Shown here one piece after another: positions 49,839 through 60,621 of a DNA stretch of 64,000 bases. A model generated the notes under the pieces. That model saw nothing but the letters and a program-made list of their open reading frames with translations. It ran no database searches and was not told where the DNA came from. How positions within the stretch are numbered: the stretch's first letter is position 1; each line of letters starts with the position of its first letter. The DNA is from Candidatus Latescibacterota bacterium (lineage in GTDB: Bacteria; Latescibacterota; UBA2968). The position numbers were made by a program, and so were the translations under genes. The DNA lies in NCBI GenBank assembly GCA_965198115.1, contig OZ240241.1, forward strand, positions 1,408,001 to 1,472,000. The letters run 5' to 3'.

Positions 49839-50576
49839 ATGCCTAGACTGAAAGACAAAATCATCATTGTAACGGGAGGCGCGTCCGGCATCGGGCGAGC
49901 CACCGCCCTGTGTTGCGCGAGTGACGGGGCGAGCGTCATCGTCGTCGACCTGGACAAGGACGGTGTCGACGGTTGCGTGAAAGAGATCGAGGAAGCCGGC
50001 GGAAAGGCCAGCGGCTTTGGCGTGGACGTAAGGGAGGACGATCAGGTCAGCGGGTTGTTCAGGGAGATCGGCGACAAGGTTGGTCACATCGACGGACTGA
50101 TCCACGCCGCCGGCATTCTGGAGGGCGTCTTCGTACCGATCGACGACTTCGAAGAGCTCACCTGGGACAAGGTCATCGACGTCAATCTGAAGGGCAGCTT
50201 CCTGATGTCCAAACACGCCGTCCCCCTGATCGAAAAATCGGACAAGGGCGTGATGCTACTCGTCGCATCGGGAGCCGGCGTCCGAGGCGGCAGCTCATCC
50301 ATCGCCTATGGATCCAGCAAAGGTGGCGTCCACGGTTTATCACTCGTCCTCGCAGCACAGCTGGCCGACCGCAACATCCGCGTACACGGCATCTGCCCTG
50401 GGAGCCTCGCCACACCGCTCAAGCTTCGCCAGGTCGAGAAATCGGCCAAAGCCACTGGAGCCGACTTCGAAAAAATGGCTGCTGCGCTCGGCGACCCCGA
50501 AGGCGTCGGCAAGGTCCTCGCCTTCCTCGTCTCCGACGATGCCGACTACGTCCGCGGCACCGTCTTCACCAGATAA
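49839..50576 (+). CDS. SDR-family oxidoreductase
   Basis: TGGASGIG, YGSSK. Confidence 0.95.
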   Translation: MPRLKDKIIIVTGGASGIGRATALCCASDGASVIVVDLDKDGVDGCVKEIEEAGGKASGFGVDVREDDQVSGLFREIGDKVGHIDGLIHAAGILEGVFVPIDDFEELTWDKVIDVNLKGSFLMSKHAVPLIEKSDKGVMLLVASGAGVRGGSSSIAYGSSKGGVHGLSLVLAAQLADRNIRVHGICPGSLATPLKLRQVEKSAKATGADFEKMAAALGDPEGVGKVLAFLVSDDADYVRGTVFTR

Positions 50577-50579
50577 AGC

Positions 50580-50810
50580 AACCACGGAGGACACGGATAG
50601 CACGGAGATTGTGGATGCACCCGGTACGCTCGGGGGAGTTCGACACACCGAGCCGTTGAGAAGCGGGTAGGAAGGCAAATCGCCCATTCCGCCTGCCACA
50701 AGGCAAGCTTGCTGCCCCTGGACCCAGCCCCCGGCGATAAGCAAAGTATCAACTGAAGGCTTCCAGTCCTATCCTCACGCCCCTCCGTGTCCTCCGTGTT
50801 CTCTGTGGTT
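50580..50810. repeat. Intergenic element bounded by 28-bp inverted arrays of a 9-bp unit
   Basis: AACCACGGAGGACACGGATAGCACGGAG ... CTCCGTGTCCTCCGTGTTCTCTGTGGTT (23/28). Confidence 0.7.
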
Positions 50811-50833
50811 AGTCTTGGTTTCTGAGGTTTCCA

Positions 50834-51697
50834 ATGCGTTTAGGCATCGTAGGAATGTTACCCAGCGATTTCCGTACGTTCGAGGCCAGCCACTTCGAGG
50901 CCATTCGCAGACTCGGTTTCACCGGCGCGGGATTCCATCTACCTGGCGACCTGGCATCCGAAATCACGCCGGATGATATCGATCGTGGGCGTTCCCTATT
51001 CGTGGACAACGAGATCGACCTCGTGCAGATGGGGATCGGCTATGCGGAATGTCTGTTCGACCCGAATCCTGATGTGCGCAATCGGGTGACGGAAAAGATC
51101 AACCGGACGATTTCGATCGGTGCCGCCCTTGCCGCCGATTACGTCCTCATCCGGCCCGGCAGTCGGAATCCCCAAGGTAGCTGGACGCCCCATCGCGACA
51201 ATTTCACCGCCGAATCGTGGGATCGGTTCATCGAAACGCTGAAGCGCATCACACCGGTTCTGGAAGAGCACGACGTCACGGTCGTGATGGAGACACACCT
51301 TGTTTCGATCCTCAAGAACCCCGAAGCCTGCCGTCAGATGGTCGAGATGGTGGGCTCGCCGAAACTGCGTCTCGTCCTAGATTACGTGAACCACTTCGAA
51401 ACGCTGAAGCAGGTCTACAAAAACACGGCTCGGCAGGATCACATCTTCGCTGAGATGGGGTCTTACGGACCCGTGATGCACGTTAAGGACATCTCGCTCG
51501 GGAAAGGACTCGTCCTCCACATCGAGGAAGCCATCCCTGGCAACGGCGAACTGGATCTCGAGTACTGCTTCAGATCCTTCGAAAAACTCCACCCCGATAA
51601 GTATGGCCTCATCGAGCATCTGCCTCAGGATCTCATCCCCGAAGCCGCCAAAAACACAAGAGCCATCGCAAAGTCCGCGGGTGTCCCCATCCACTGA
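50834..51697 (+). CDS. Sugar phosphate isomerase/epimerase (xylose isomerase-like TIM barrel)
   Basis: METH, LDYVNH, MHVKD, PGNGELD, IEH metal-ligand pattern. Confidence 0.85.
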   Translation: MRLGIVGMLPSDFRTFEASHFEAIRRLGFTGAGFHLPGDLASEITPDDIDRGRSLFVDNEIDLVQMGIGYAECLFDPNPDVRNRVTEKINRTISIGAALAADYVLIRPGSRNPQGSWTPHRDNFTAESWDRFIETLKRITPVLEEHDVTVVMETHLVSILKNPEACRQMVEMVGSPKLRLVLDYVNHFETLKQVYKNTARQDHIFAEMGSYGPVMHVKDISLGKGLVLHIEEAIPGNGELDLEYCFRSFEKLHPDKYGLIEHLPQDLIPEAAKNTRAIAKSAGVPIH

Positions 51698-51875
51698 ACC
51701 GCTCGACATTCGGAGTTGGACATTCGATGTTGGACATTTGCTCGGCCCATCAACACTCTGAACTCGGCACTCGGAATTTGTCTTCCGGTTCGAAAAAGTG
51801 GCCCCGGGGCCACAATCTTCACGAACCACGCAATATGTTCTTAACCATCTTATTATAAATAGTTTATAACGAATC

Positions 51876-54386
51876 TTATCGCGACACCCAGTAGACCCCA
51901 GCACTCAGCACGAAGGCTACCGGCAGCGTCAGCACCCACGACAGCAGGATGCGCATCACCGTCCCCACATCTCCCTCTCCCGTCACTTTCCCAATCGCGA
52001 AAATCGAACCGACCGAGACGTGTGTCGTCGAAACGGGGCATTCCGTGGACGCTCGCCGTCGTCACGAGCAGCCCCGTCACGAGGTTTGCCGTAAAGCCCT
52101 GACCGTGGTTCATCGGGGTGAGGTCCCTATCCTAGTTGAAACTTAAAGGGCTCCAAACTTACGTTGTGGGTACGCGTGTGAGAGCGTGTACCCGTAAGAA
52201 AGGAGCCCACGATGGAGAAGCTATTTGCAGGGGATGGCGAAGTCAAGGTTGGGTCAGACGTTATGGATTTGGAGACGCGTTTATCGGTGATCCGGGCGCT
52301 GATTCCGCTGGGTCTGGAGGCCGTTGCCGACGTGCTCCAGCAGGAGGTGGAGCAGCTCGCAGGCGTTCGGTATGCGCGTAAGGGTTCAGAGCAGTCGCAT
52401 CGTCGATGGGGAAGCCAGAAAGGGTCCGTGTATCTGATGGACCAGAAGCTGCCGATGGCCGTTCCCCGTGTGCGCGACGTCGAGTCCGATACGGAGGTTT
52501 CTCTGGCCGCATACCGGGGGATGCAGAGGCCCAGAGCGATGGATGAGAAGCTGCTGCTTCGTGTGCTCAAGGGAATCTCCTGTCGCAACTACAGAGCCTG
52601 TGCAGAGTCGGTACCCGAAGCGTTCGGAATCTCGGCATCCTCCGTCTCGCGACGGTTCATCAAAGCCACCGCAAAGAAGCTGAAGCAGTTCCAGGAACGA
52701 CCGCTCGACGACTACGACTTGGTCGCCCTGTTCATCGACGGAAAGAGCTTTGCCGACGAAGAGATCGTGATCGCTCCGGGCGTCACGACGGACGGCCAGA
52801 AGATCCCCCTGGGCTTCGTCGAATCGGCGACGGAGAACGAACGGATCTGCCGTCAGCTGATCCAGGATCTCATCCGGAGAGGCCTGTGCTACGACCAGGG
52901 CCTTCTCGTTGTGCTGGACGGCTCAAAGGGACTCCGCAGTGCCGTCACCAAAGCCCTCAAAGGGGATGTGTGCGTGCATCGCTGTCAGTGGCACAAGCGC
53001 GAGAACGTCGTCAGCTACCTCCCGGAGGCAGAACGTCCAAGAGTTCGACGGAAACTTCAGAAAGCCTATGACTGCGACACCTACGAGGAGGCAAAGGCCG
53101 CACTCGAATCACTCAAACCCGAACTCAAGCTGATGAATCAGTCTGCCGTGGCAAGCCTCGAGGAAGGACTGGAGGAAACCCTGACCCTCCACCGGCTGGG
53201 GATGCTCCCGTTCTTGAAGCGAAGCTTCCGAACCACCAATTGCATCGAGGCGCTCAACAGCATGACCGGCAACCTGATACGGAAGGTCAACCGCTGGAAC
53301 AACTCTCCTCAGCGACACAGATGGGTCGCGGCCGCACTCCTCGACATCGAACCACGCCTGCGACGCGTGAGCGGATACAAACACCTCCCGCTGCTCAGGC
53401 AAGCACTGAAAAACAACCTGAATCTCGGCGACAATCAAGATGCTCGGCAGAGAGCATGAATACCACGGAGCCCGATGAGTTTCAACTGACTATGGGACTT
53501 GACCGTTCATCGGTGTAATCCGATTACTCACCGTCTCTCCGACATCTCGGCTGTGAACCAACCCCCCGACGGCCATTGCCACCCCGATCGCAACGAGTCC
53601 GATCTCGATGTCCAGAGTGCTCACCACTAGCAGAAGCCCTGCAATTTTCGGTGTATCGTTCAGACCTCGTGCGAAACTGACCAGACCCGCACTTGCGTAA
53701 TGGGCCGTATCCAGAATCTTCTGTGCCTTCAACCCCAGAAGTCCGCCCTGGTAGAACTCCTGACATTCCTCCACGGTCGCCACTTTCATCCTGCTCTGCC
53801 CCTCAGCGCGAAACATCACCGTCCCGTCCGCATTGACTTGTGCAACAGGATAGACCGCCTCGCCCACGCACACGCACGACTCCCGTGTCACGCCGAGCCG
53901 TTGACGTAATGTTCTGAACACAAGGTAAAGAGCGTAGCTGCAGACGGCTGCCATCAAAGGGCTGATGAGGAGCGGAAAGAGGAAGATAGATCCCAACCCA
54001 GTGAAATTGAAGGCACTCCCCATCGCCACCGCCCCGCACCCGGAGAGAGCGCCCACGAGAGCGTGGGTCGTCGAGATCGGCATTCCAATGCGTGTAGCGA
54101 GGAAGACGGTAAGAGCCGCACCCAACCCAACCGACGCCGCAAAAGCCGGCGTCTGGGCCAGTTCCTCCGGAACCAGCCCCTGGCCCGAGAAATTTCGGAG
54201 CAACGCATCGGCCAGGAAAGCGGCCGCTACTGATCCGAGAAGGGTCATTACCGTGGCCCACTGGATTGCCTTTCTAAAATCCGTCGTGCGACTGCCGTAA
54301 AGCGTAGCAATGCCCTTGGCGTTGTCGTTCGCCCCGTTGCTGTAGGCGAGTAAACAGGCTACGGCAATCAGGAGTACCAGAATCAC
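51876..54386 (-). pseudogene. pit: PiT-family inorganic phosphate transporter, split by IS256-B, with an extra frameshift near 52035
   Basis: NGANDNA, GMPISTTH, GLNDTPK; RITPMN|HGQGF rejoined across the TSD. Confidence 0.9.
52117..53504 (+). mobile_element. IS256-family element type B, intact (transposase 52212-53459)
   Basis: 27-bp imperfect IRs ending AGTTGAAACT; 9-bp TSD GTTCATCGG; FIDGK, LDG, RCQWH, RTTNCIE. Confidence 0.95.
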
Positions 54387-54651
54387 CTATCATCCTCCTC
54401 CCGACGGGTACAAGCCCCATCCTCTGTTCGGCTCTATTGTGGTTACGTCTCTTCGATAACGTCCCGCCAGCGATTTCGCTCGTCCCGGAGCTTGTCCTGA
54501 GCGCAGTCGAAGGGCTGTGCACAGGGACGCGTTGGGCTGGTCGGGCAACGAATTCTTCAGCACCCTCAGTGCTTCGAGTTCTTCGCGACCTCGCCTGTCC
54601 TGAGTGATTCGGCCACCAGGTCGAATTGTATCGAAGGGCGTCTTCGTGTTT

Positions 54652-55884
54652 TTAGGTCAGTTCCGGAGGCGGCATAATCAGCCCCTCAGGATTCCGAACG
54701 CCCGTACTCGGATCCTGCTCGCGATAATCGACGCCGGATCGGCTGTTCCAATCCCAGACCACCTCGCCGTTCAACATCGTCAACTCGCACGTCAGACGCT
54801 GGTCGCCGTCGAGGCGACCCTCATACGCGTCACGATAGCCGAACGATCCGCACATCAGGTTCAGGACGGCGACGTCGGCGACGGCACCCACGCTGAGGTG
54901 ACCCAACTCCAGATGGCTGATCTCCTGCGCGGGATTCCACGTGGACGTCAGAATGACATCGTTCAATGACATCCCCATCACCAAAAACTTCGACATCGTC
55001 GTCACCATATCCATCATCCCGTCGTTCATCGAACCCGTATGAAGGTCAGTCGAGATCGAATCCGGGAGAAAACCCTGCGCAACGGCTGGCGCGGCGTTCC
55101 GAAAACTGAAGCTGCCACCCCCGTGTCCCACGTCGAAGATGACGCCACGCTCTCTGGCGACGTAGAAATACTTCATCACTTTCCCGTCTGGCCCGAACCA
55201 GGGGACATCCGGCCGATACATGTGCGTCGAGATGTCACCCTTCTGTAGCCGCTCGGTCACAAGCTCATAGTAGGGACGCTCCCGCGGAAAGAATCCGAAG
55301 TCGATCATCACAGGTAGCGAGAGTTGCCGGGCAGCGGCGATCGCACGATCCACTGACACCCACTCCGTCCCTCGAAAATGTGCCGTCTTCGTTCCGACGA
55401 CGATGTCCTCGTGCTCGCGCCCGACCGACACCATCCGTTCGACATCCATATCCTCCACATTCTGCTCGAGATCGTTCGACACCATCCCCATCCCGGCCAC
55501 GTTGATCAGGGCATACATTCTCGTCTTGAACCGATCGAGCACGCGATACCTGAAATTGTCGAAGTTCCGCCATCCTGCGCTGCCAGTATCGACCATCGCC
55601 GTCACACCCGTACGGAAGCTGAAACCATCCGGCAGAATGCTATTGTCCCCGGCCCACGCGCTTCTGTGACCGGGCGTCGCATACATATGCGCGTGAATGT
55701 CCACGAGTCCCGGTACGACATACATCCCGGTCACGTCGATCACCTGCCTGGCTTGCGCGGCCGGAATGTCGCGATCGACCGACGCCACCTTGCCCTCCCG
55801 GATCGCCACATCCATCAGTTCGTCGACCCCGTTCTTCGGATCGATTACGTGACCGCCCTTCAACAACACATCAATGTTCATCAT
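54652..55884 (-). CDS. Amidohydrolase/dihydroorotase-like metallohydrolase
   Basis: PGLVDIHAH, DVGHGGGSF, SISTDLH. Confidence 0.9.
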   Translation of the reverse strand: MMNIDVLLKGGHVIDPKNGVDELMDVAIREGKVASVDRDIPAAQARQVIDVTGMYVVPGLVDIHAHMYATPGHRSAWAGDNSILPDGFSFRTGVTAMVDTGSAGWRNFDNFRYRVLDRFKTRMYALINVAGMGMVSNDLEQNVEDMDVERMVSVGREHEDIVVGTKTAHFRGTEWVSVDRAIAAARQLSLPVMIDFGFFPRERPYYELVTERLQKGDISTHMYRPDVPWFGPDGKVMKYFYVARERGVIFDVGHGGGSFSFRNAAPAVAQGFLPDSISTDLHTGSMNDGMMDMVTTMSKFLVMGMSLNDVILTSTWNPAQEISHLELGHLSVGAVADVAVLNLMCGSFGYRDAYEGRLDGDQRLTCELTMLNGEVVWDWNSRSGVDYREQDPSTGVRNPEGLIMPPPELT

Positions 55885-55982
55885 CCCTCTCCTGATCTTT
55901 CGCGCCAGTCAATCCACGCAGACATCGTCTCTCTTGAATATCAGATCTCCTCAGATATCGCTCCAGATTTCATCTTCCAGCC

Positions 55983-56025
55983 CTCAGTGCTCTCAGTGTT
56001 CTCAGTGCTCTCAGTGTTCTCAGTG
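55983..56025. repeat. Tandem 9-bp repeat (CTCAGTGYT), ~5 copies
   Basis: Seen directly in the divergent intergenic region. Confidence 0.8.
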
Positions 56026-56186
56026 GCGCTTTCCGGTCGCAAGATACGTCACGGTCGCGATCGTTTCCATCCTGCCCGTCCTGGCGAGAGCCGAAGGGTC
56101 AAGAGCACTTTCCTCCGCCCATTCTTATGTCGATATTCCAGTGTCACTGGAAATTCTCACTGACCGCATTCAGGAGCACATTGTCG

Positions 56187-57059
56187 ATGGCACGGGCGCG
56201 AGAAAGAATAAAAAAGCTGGAGGTGATGGTCTCCGAGGTCAAATGGGAAGCCCCGGACACGGTCACTCTCGTTCTCTTTACCGGGAACGACAAACTCACT
56301 TACGAGCCTGGCAACTTCCTCACGATCTCACCGCATCAGTTTCCTGCGCTCGAACGATGGGTAGAATACCTTCAGGACATCAAAGGTAAAAGGGAACCCC
56401 CTCGGGCTTACTCGTTGGCCAGCTCTCCCGAAGAAAAATACATCGCCATCACAATTAAGGAGGAACGTTACACCTCCGGGACAACTCCATATCCGCCCTT
56501 GCTCTCGCCGATTCTTGCCTTACGCACACCACCGGGCACGAAAATGGTCGTCACGGGATTCACCGGTCCTTACAACCTGACCGACGAAATCCGAAAACAG
56601 AATGAGCAGATCGTCCACATCTGCGCCGGAAGCGGTATCGTTCCCAGCTTCAGCATCATCAAGCACGATTTACGCGTCAACGAGGGTACGAATCACACGC
56701 TTGTCTACTCGAACAAAAAACGGGAAGATATCATCTTCCACGATGACTTCGCAGAGCTCGAGCGCGAATTTCCGAACCGGTTCAACGTCGTTCACACCCT
56801 CACACGTGAAGGTGACGCATTCGACTACAGCGATCAGATCCGCCAGGGTCGGATTTCACAAGCCCTTCTGACCGAGGCGATTCCCAACCCCGACGGCACA
56901 GCCATCTTTGTCTGCGGTCCCGATCATCTTCCCTGGCAGAAGAGAGCGGCGCGGGAAAAGGGCGAGGAACTCCCACCATCTTTCCTTCAGAGTACCCTCG
57001 GCTTCGTGGACAAACTCGGCATCCCGAAAGAGAGGATCACGAAGGAGAGTTACGGTTAA
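56187..57059 (+). CDS. Ferredoxin-NADP reductase-like FAD/NAD(P) oxidoreductase
   Basis: RAYSLAS, AGSGIVP, FVCGP, C-terminal ESYG. Confidence 0.88.
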   Translation: MARARERIKKLEVMVSEVKWEAPDTVTLVLFTGNDKLTYEPGNFLTISPHQFPALERWVEYLQDIKGKREPPRAYSLASSPEEKYIAITIKEERYTSGTTPYPPLLSPILALRTPPGTKMVVTGFTGPYNLTDEIRKQNEQIVHICAGSGIVPSFSIIKHDLRVNEGTNHTLVYSNKKREDIIFHDDFAELEREFPNRFNVVHTLTREGDAFDYSDQIRQGRISQALLTEAIPNPDGTAIFVCGPDHLPWQKRAAREKGEELPPSFLQSTLGFVDKLGIPKERITKESYG

Positions 57060-57087
57060 CGAGATAAATCAACAGACTCGAGCACGA

Positions 57088-57118
57088 AAAGGGCTACGTC
57101 ACCACGACGTAGCCCTTT
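57088..57118. terminator. Rho-independent terminator
   Basis: AAAGGGCTACGTC-accac-GACGTAGCCCTTT perfect stem. Confidence 0.8.
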
Positions 57119-57312
57119 GTCTTTCGCATCTATATTGTGGTCCATCCTGGCCGAAGCCCGTCTGCCCGCAGCCGCATCAGCGGCGAGAGTGGGTCTGTAA
57201 TCCGTTTGCTGTCTCCTGTCTACCGTTCACACGTTCGCGGCCGGGAGGCCGCTCCCACCGCAAACGTCTTTGTGTCACCCGCTCTCCTGTTCGGCCCATC
57301 GCTCCACGCGCT

Positions 57313-58953
57313 TCACCACCCCAATGCCACGCCCTTCGATCTCGGATCGCACCCCCCAAAGAGCGTCCCGCTCTCATCCCGCGCAATGACCTGAAGCGCG
57401 CCTCCGCCTCCCCACTCTTCCATCGAATCCACGCGATGTCCTCGACGCTCGAGTTCCGCGATGACATCTGGGTCGAACCGATCTTCGTAACGGAACTGCA
57501 CAGGCGCATCGATCCCCGAGGGGTCCGTCCCCGGCCAGCTCACCCATCGTGGCGCTTCCACCGCCTGCTGAACATCCATCCCGTGATCGAGCAAATTGGA
57601 AATGACCTGGGCGTCCCACTGAGCCTGCCGATCTCCACCAGGCGTACCGACCGCCGCGTAGGGATGCCCGTCACGGCACAGCAGATAACAGTTCAGTGTG
57701 TGCATTGTCTTTTTCCCGCCCTCGATCACGTTGGGATGACCCTCGTCCAGCGTGAAGCCACGCCCCGCCCGATTGTTCAACATCACACCCGTCTCACCCG
57801 CGACCACGCAGCAACCGAAGGCGGCGGACAGACTGTGGATGAACGAGATCACATTACCCTCACCGTCGGCTACGGCGAAGTAGCTCGTGTTCCCGCCCCG
57901 TTCGGGTAGTCCGCCGGCCAACGGCTCGTTGTTGGCTCTCTCCGGATCGACGGACTCGCGACGCTTTTCAGCGTATTCCTTCGACAGCAACTCATCCAGC
58001 GGGTTGTCGATAAATCGCGGATCGCCGCAATAGGCCAGCCGATCGGCAAACGCCAGCTTCTTCGTCTCCACCATCGCGTGAAGCGCATCTGCAGACCCGA
58101 ATCCCATCGACGCCAGATCGTAGCCCTCCATCAGGTTCAGCCACTCCAGCACGATGATGCCTTGCGAAGGTGGCGCCGTCGTGTAGACATCCACATCGCG
58201 ATACGTCGTATGCAACGAGTCGTAAACGTCAGTCTTGTGTTCAGCAAACTCCTCCGCCCCGAACAGACCGTCGCCTTTGGACGCACGCACCATCTCGGCC
58301 GCGATTTCCCCACGGTAGAAAACATCTGGACCCTGCTCCGCGTAGATTCGAATCGTCCGCGCCAGATCGGGCAATACCCATCGGTCACCCGGGCTGGGGG
58401 CGCCGCCTCCCGGCAAATAGGTCTTCGCAGAATCCGCGTATTTGGCCAATGTCGACGAGGCGCCGGAGATGAACCGGTTCGTGCCGTGCGAGACGATGAT
58501 CCCGTCTTCGGCATAAGATGCAGCCGGCGCGAGCAGCTCACTCAGGGGCATCGTCCCGAAGGACTCGTTGAGCGCGGCATATGCTCCGGGTGCGCCGGGT
58601 ACAGCCGCCGCGTGCCACCCATCACCCGGCATTTCAGTCAGCCCCTGATCGACGTAGTACGCTCGACTCGCCGCGTGTGCCGCGACCCCACTGCCGTTGA
58701 TCGCCACCACTCGATCGCTCTTCGCATCGTAAAACACCGTAAAGACGTCCCCACCCAGGCCACACTGCGCTGGCAGATCGATCCATTCCACCCCCGCCAC
58801 CGCGATCGCCGCATCGAACGCATTGCCACCGCGCTGAAGCACGCCCACACCCGCCGCAGCCGCCAGCGTCGAAGACGACGCCACCATCCCCTTGCTCGCG
58901 AAGCGTACACCCGGACTCGAAGTCACACCCATCGTCATTTTCAACTCGGCCAT
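57313..58953 (-). CDS. ggt: Gamma-glutamyltransferase family protein
   Basis: GGNAFDAA, GLGGD, PPSQG, N-TSYFAVAD cleavage site, GTPGG, DPR. Confidence 0.92.
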   Translation of the reverse strand: MAELKMTMGVTSSPGVRFASKGMVASSSTLAAAAGVGVLQRGGNAFDAAIAVAGVEWIDLPAQCGLGGDVFTVFYDAKSDRVVAINGSGVAAHAASRAYYVDQGLTEMPGDGWHAAAVPGAPGAYAALNESFGTMPLSELLAPAASYAEDGIIVSHGTNRFISGASSTLAKYADSAKTYLPGGGAPSPGDRWVLPDLARTIRIYAEQGPDVFYRGEIAAEMVRASKGDGLFGAEEFAEHKTDVYDSLHTTYRDVDVYTTAPPSQGIIVLEWLNLMEGYDLASMGFGSADALHAMVETKKLAFADRLAYCGDPRFIDNPLDELLSKEYAEKRRESVDPERANNEPLAGGLPERGGNTSYFAVADGEGNVISFIHSLSAAFGCCVVAGETGVMLNNRAGRGFTLDEGHPNVIEGGKKTMHTLNCYLLCRDGHPYAAVGTPGGDRQAQWDAQVISNLLDHGMDVQQAVEAPRWVSWPGTDPSGIDAPVQFRYEDRFDPDVIAELERRGHRVDSMEEWGGGGALQVIARDESGTLFGGCDPRSKGVALGW

Positions 58954-59158
58954 CGTATCCCCGCCAGTTCAGTATTCTTATAGCTACAATCGGATCCCGG
59001 ACATCATTCGGCCGTAGATGAGAGACCGCACTGAAGCCTGCGGCTACCCTATGGGCGACCCCACTGTCTCTCCCCCTCCCCCCGTCTCCCCTCCCCCGCT
59101 CGCCACAGGTGTACTCCCCAAACTCTTTGGTTTCTCGATGCAGCGGTCCACCCAGCAG

Positions 59159-60526
59159 CTAGAACAGGGAATCCGCGGTTGTCAGCGGACACCACCGCGA
59201 CACGTGCAGCCAATCGATCACGATCTCAAGTGCCTCGGGCGTCCGGATCCGCTCCAGCGCCTTCGCGGCCAATCCTCGGACATACCGATTGTCATTCGAC
59301 AGAGCTCTTTTTAGATCCTGAATCAGATCGCTGGAGGGTGCATCCAGTTTCCCCGCCAGTCGCGCTACCGAAGCCGCGCCCGCCCTTCGTACGCGATCTT
59401 CGGGATCATCGAACAACGCCGCCAAAGCCGGAACCGTTTCATCCACATCCGGCCCCTGGCAGTTGCCCAACGCCTCCGCTGCTCGTCGACGGATTGCCGG
59501 ATCATCGTTTCCGAGTGCGTGACGTAGCGCGTCTTCAGCCTTCGCCGCCTCTGTCCCCATCTCACTCAACGCGTGAGCAGTAAAGCTAAGGATGTCTTCG
59601 TTCGGGTCAGCCAGCAGTGGGATCAATCGATCGACTGCCGGCGCGCCGATCGCTGCCAGGCCATACACGGCGCTTTGCGCAGCCTCGGGCGACGCCCCCG
59701 TCATCGCCGCCATCAGATCATCCACGATGGTGTCTCCGTCCTGTGACTCAGCCAGCGCGGCAAGGCCATAAGCCGCCTCGTAACGCACCGCCTCGGACAA
59801 GTCGTTGAGCCTCGCCAGGAGATCTGCGCGATCGAATCCCGATTCGTTGGATGCTGCGCCCCCCTGATGCCAACGCCAAATCGCCTTATGTATCTGACTG
59901 TCTGTATCCCATTCTCGATCGGCGAAATCCCAGGAGGGTGACTCGGGCTCCTCCGTCCGCGTAAACTGGAATTTCATCATATACCGGGCTCGATCTTCCT
60001 TGTTGGCCGTCGCCAGATGCCAGATCTCATAGTGCGCAATGATGACGAAGCCAGTGTCAGACGCCAGTGGAAGAACCGGAATATGTTCCGGCCTCTCGCT
60101 GAAGTAGTGACTTCCAGGTAGAACGCCCGTCGGTCCGTGGGTCTCCGGCGTATCCTGAGGATAATAGAAGCCGAAGGCGCGACGCACTCGATGGTCGCCC
60201 CGCCGCGCCCCGTCTTTGTGAACCTTCTGTGGCTCACTCTGGGGCTTGTTGACGTGAGGGTGACGATGATCTTCCATCTGATAGTCCGGCCCCAGGATGC
60301 TATGGAAAGCACCTGCGACGGTACCGTGCTCATAAACCTGTGCGAGATCCGGGATACGGGGGAGCAGATTGTTGCCCGGATTCGGCTCGCGGTCGAGCAG
60401 ATCATCCATTTGCGTCCGGATCGACTGATGAAACGCCTGAGGCACATCGATCGGAATGATGAGGTACCCATCCCGTATGAATTGTTGCATCTGCTCGTCC
60501 GTCAGTAACTGCCCTCGATCGATCAT
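59159..60526 (-). CDS. Phytanoyl-CoA dioxygenase-like domain fused to HEAT repeats
   Basis: FIRDGY, HKD, GPTGVLPGSH, IWH; C-terminal VRYEAAYGL, IRRRAAEALG, VRGLAAKAL repeats. Confidence 0.85.
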   Translation of the reverse strand: MIDRGQLLTDEQMQQFIRDGYLIIPIDVPQAFHQSIRTQMDDLLDREPNPGNNLLPRIPDLAQVYEHGTVAGAFHSILGPDYQMEDHRHPHVNKPQSEPQKVHKDGARRGDHRVRRAFGFYYPQDTPETHGPTGVLPGSHYFSERPEHIPVLPLASDTGFVIIAHYEIWHLATANKEDRARYMMKFQFTRTEEPESPSWDFADREWDTDSQIHKAIWRWHQGGAASNESGFDRADLLARLNDLSEAVRYEAAYGLAALAESQDGDTIVDDLMAAMTGASPEAAQSAVYGLAAIGAPAVDRLIPLLADPNEDILSFTAHALSEMGTEAAKAEDALRHALGNDDPAIRRRAAEALGNCQGPDVDETVPALAALFDDPEDRVRRAGAASVARLAGKLDAPSSDLIQDLKRALSNDNRYVRGLAAKALERIRTPEALEIVIDWLHVSRWCPLTTADSLF

Positions 60527-60621
60527 CGTCTCTCTCCAGTTTTCCCGAGCTGCTTTGCTTCCCGAGTTTTCAAGATCGCAGCCGCTTTCTCCCGACAAGG
60601 GCAGAGTGGCGAACGCCGTCC

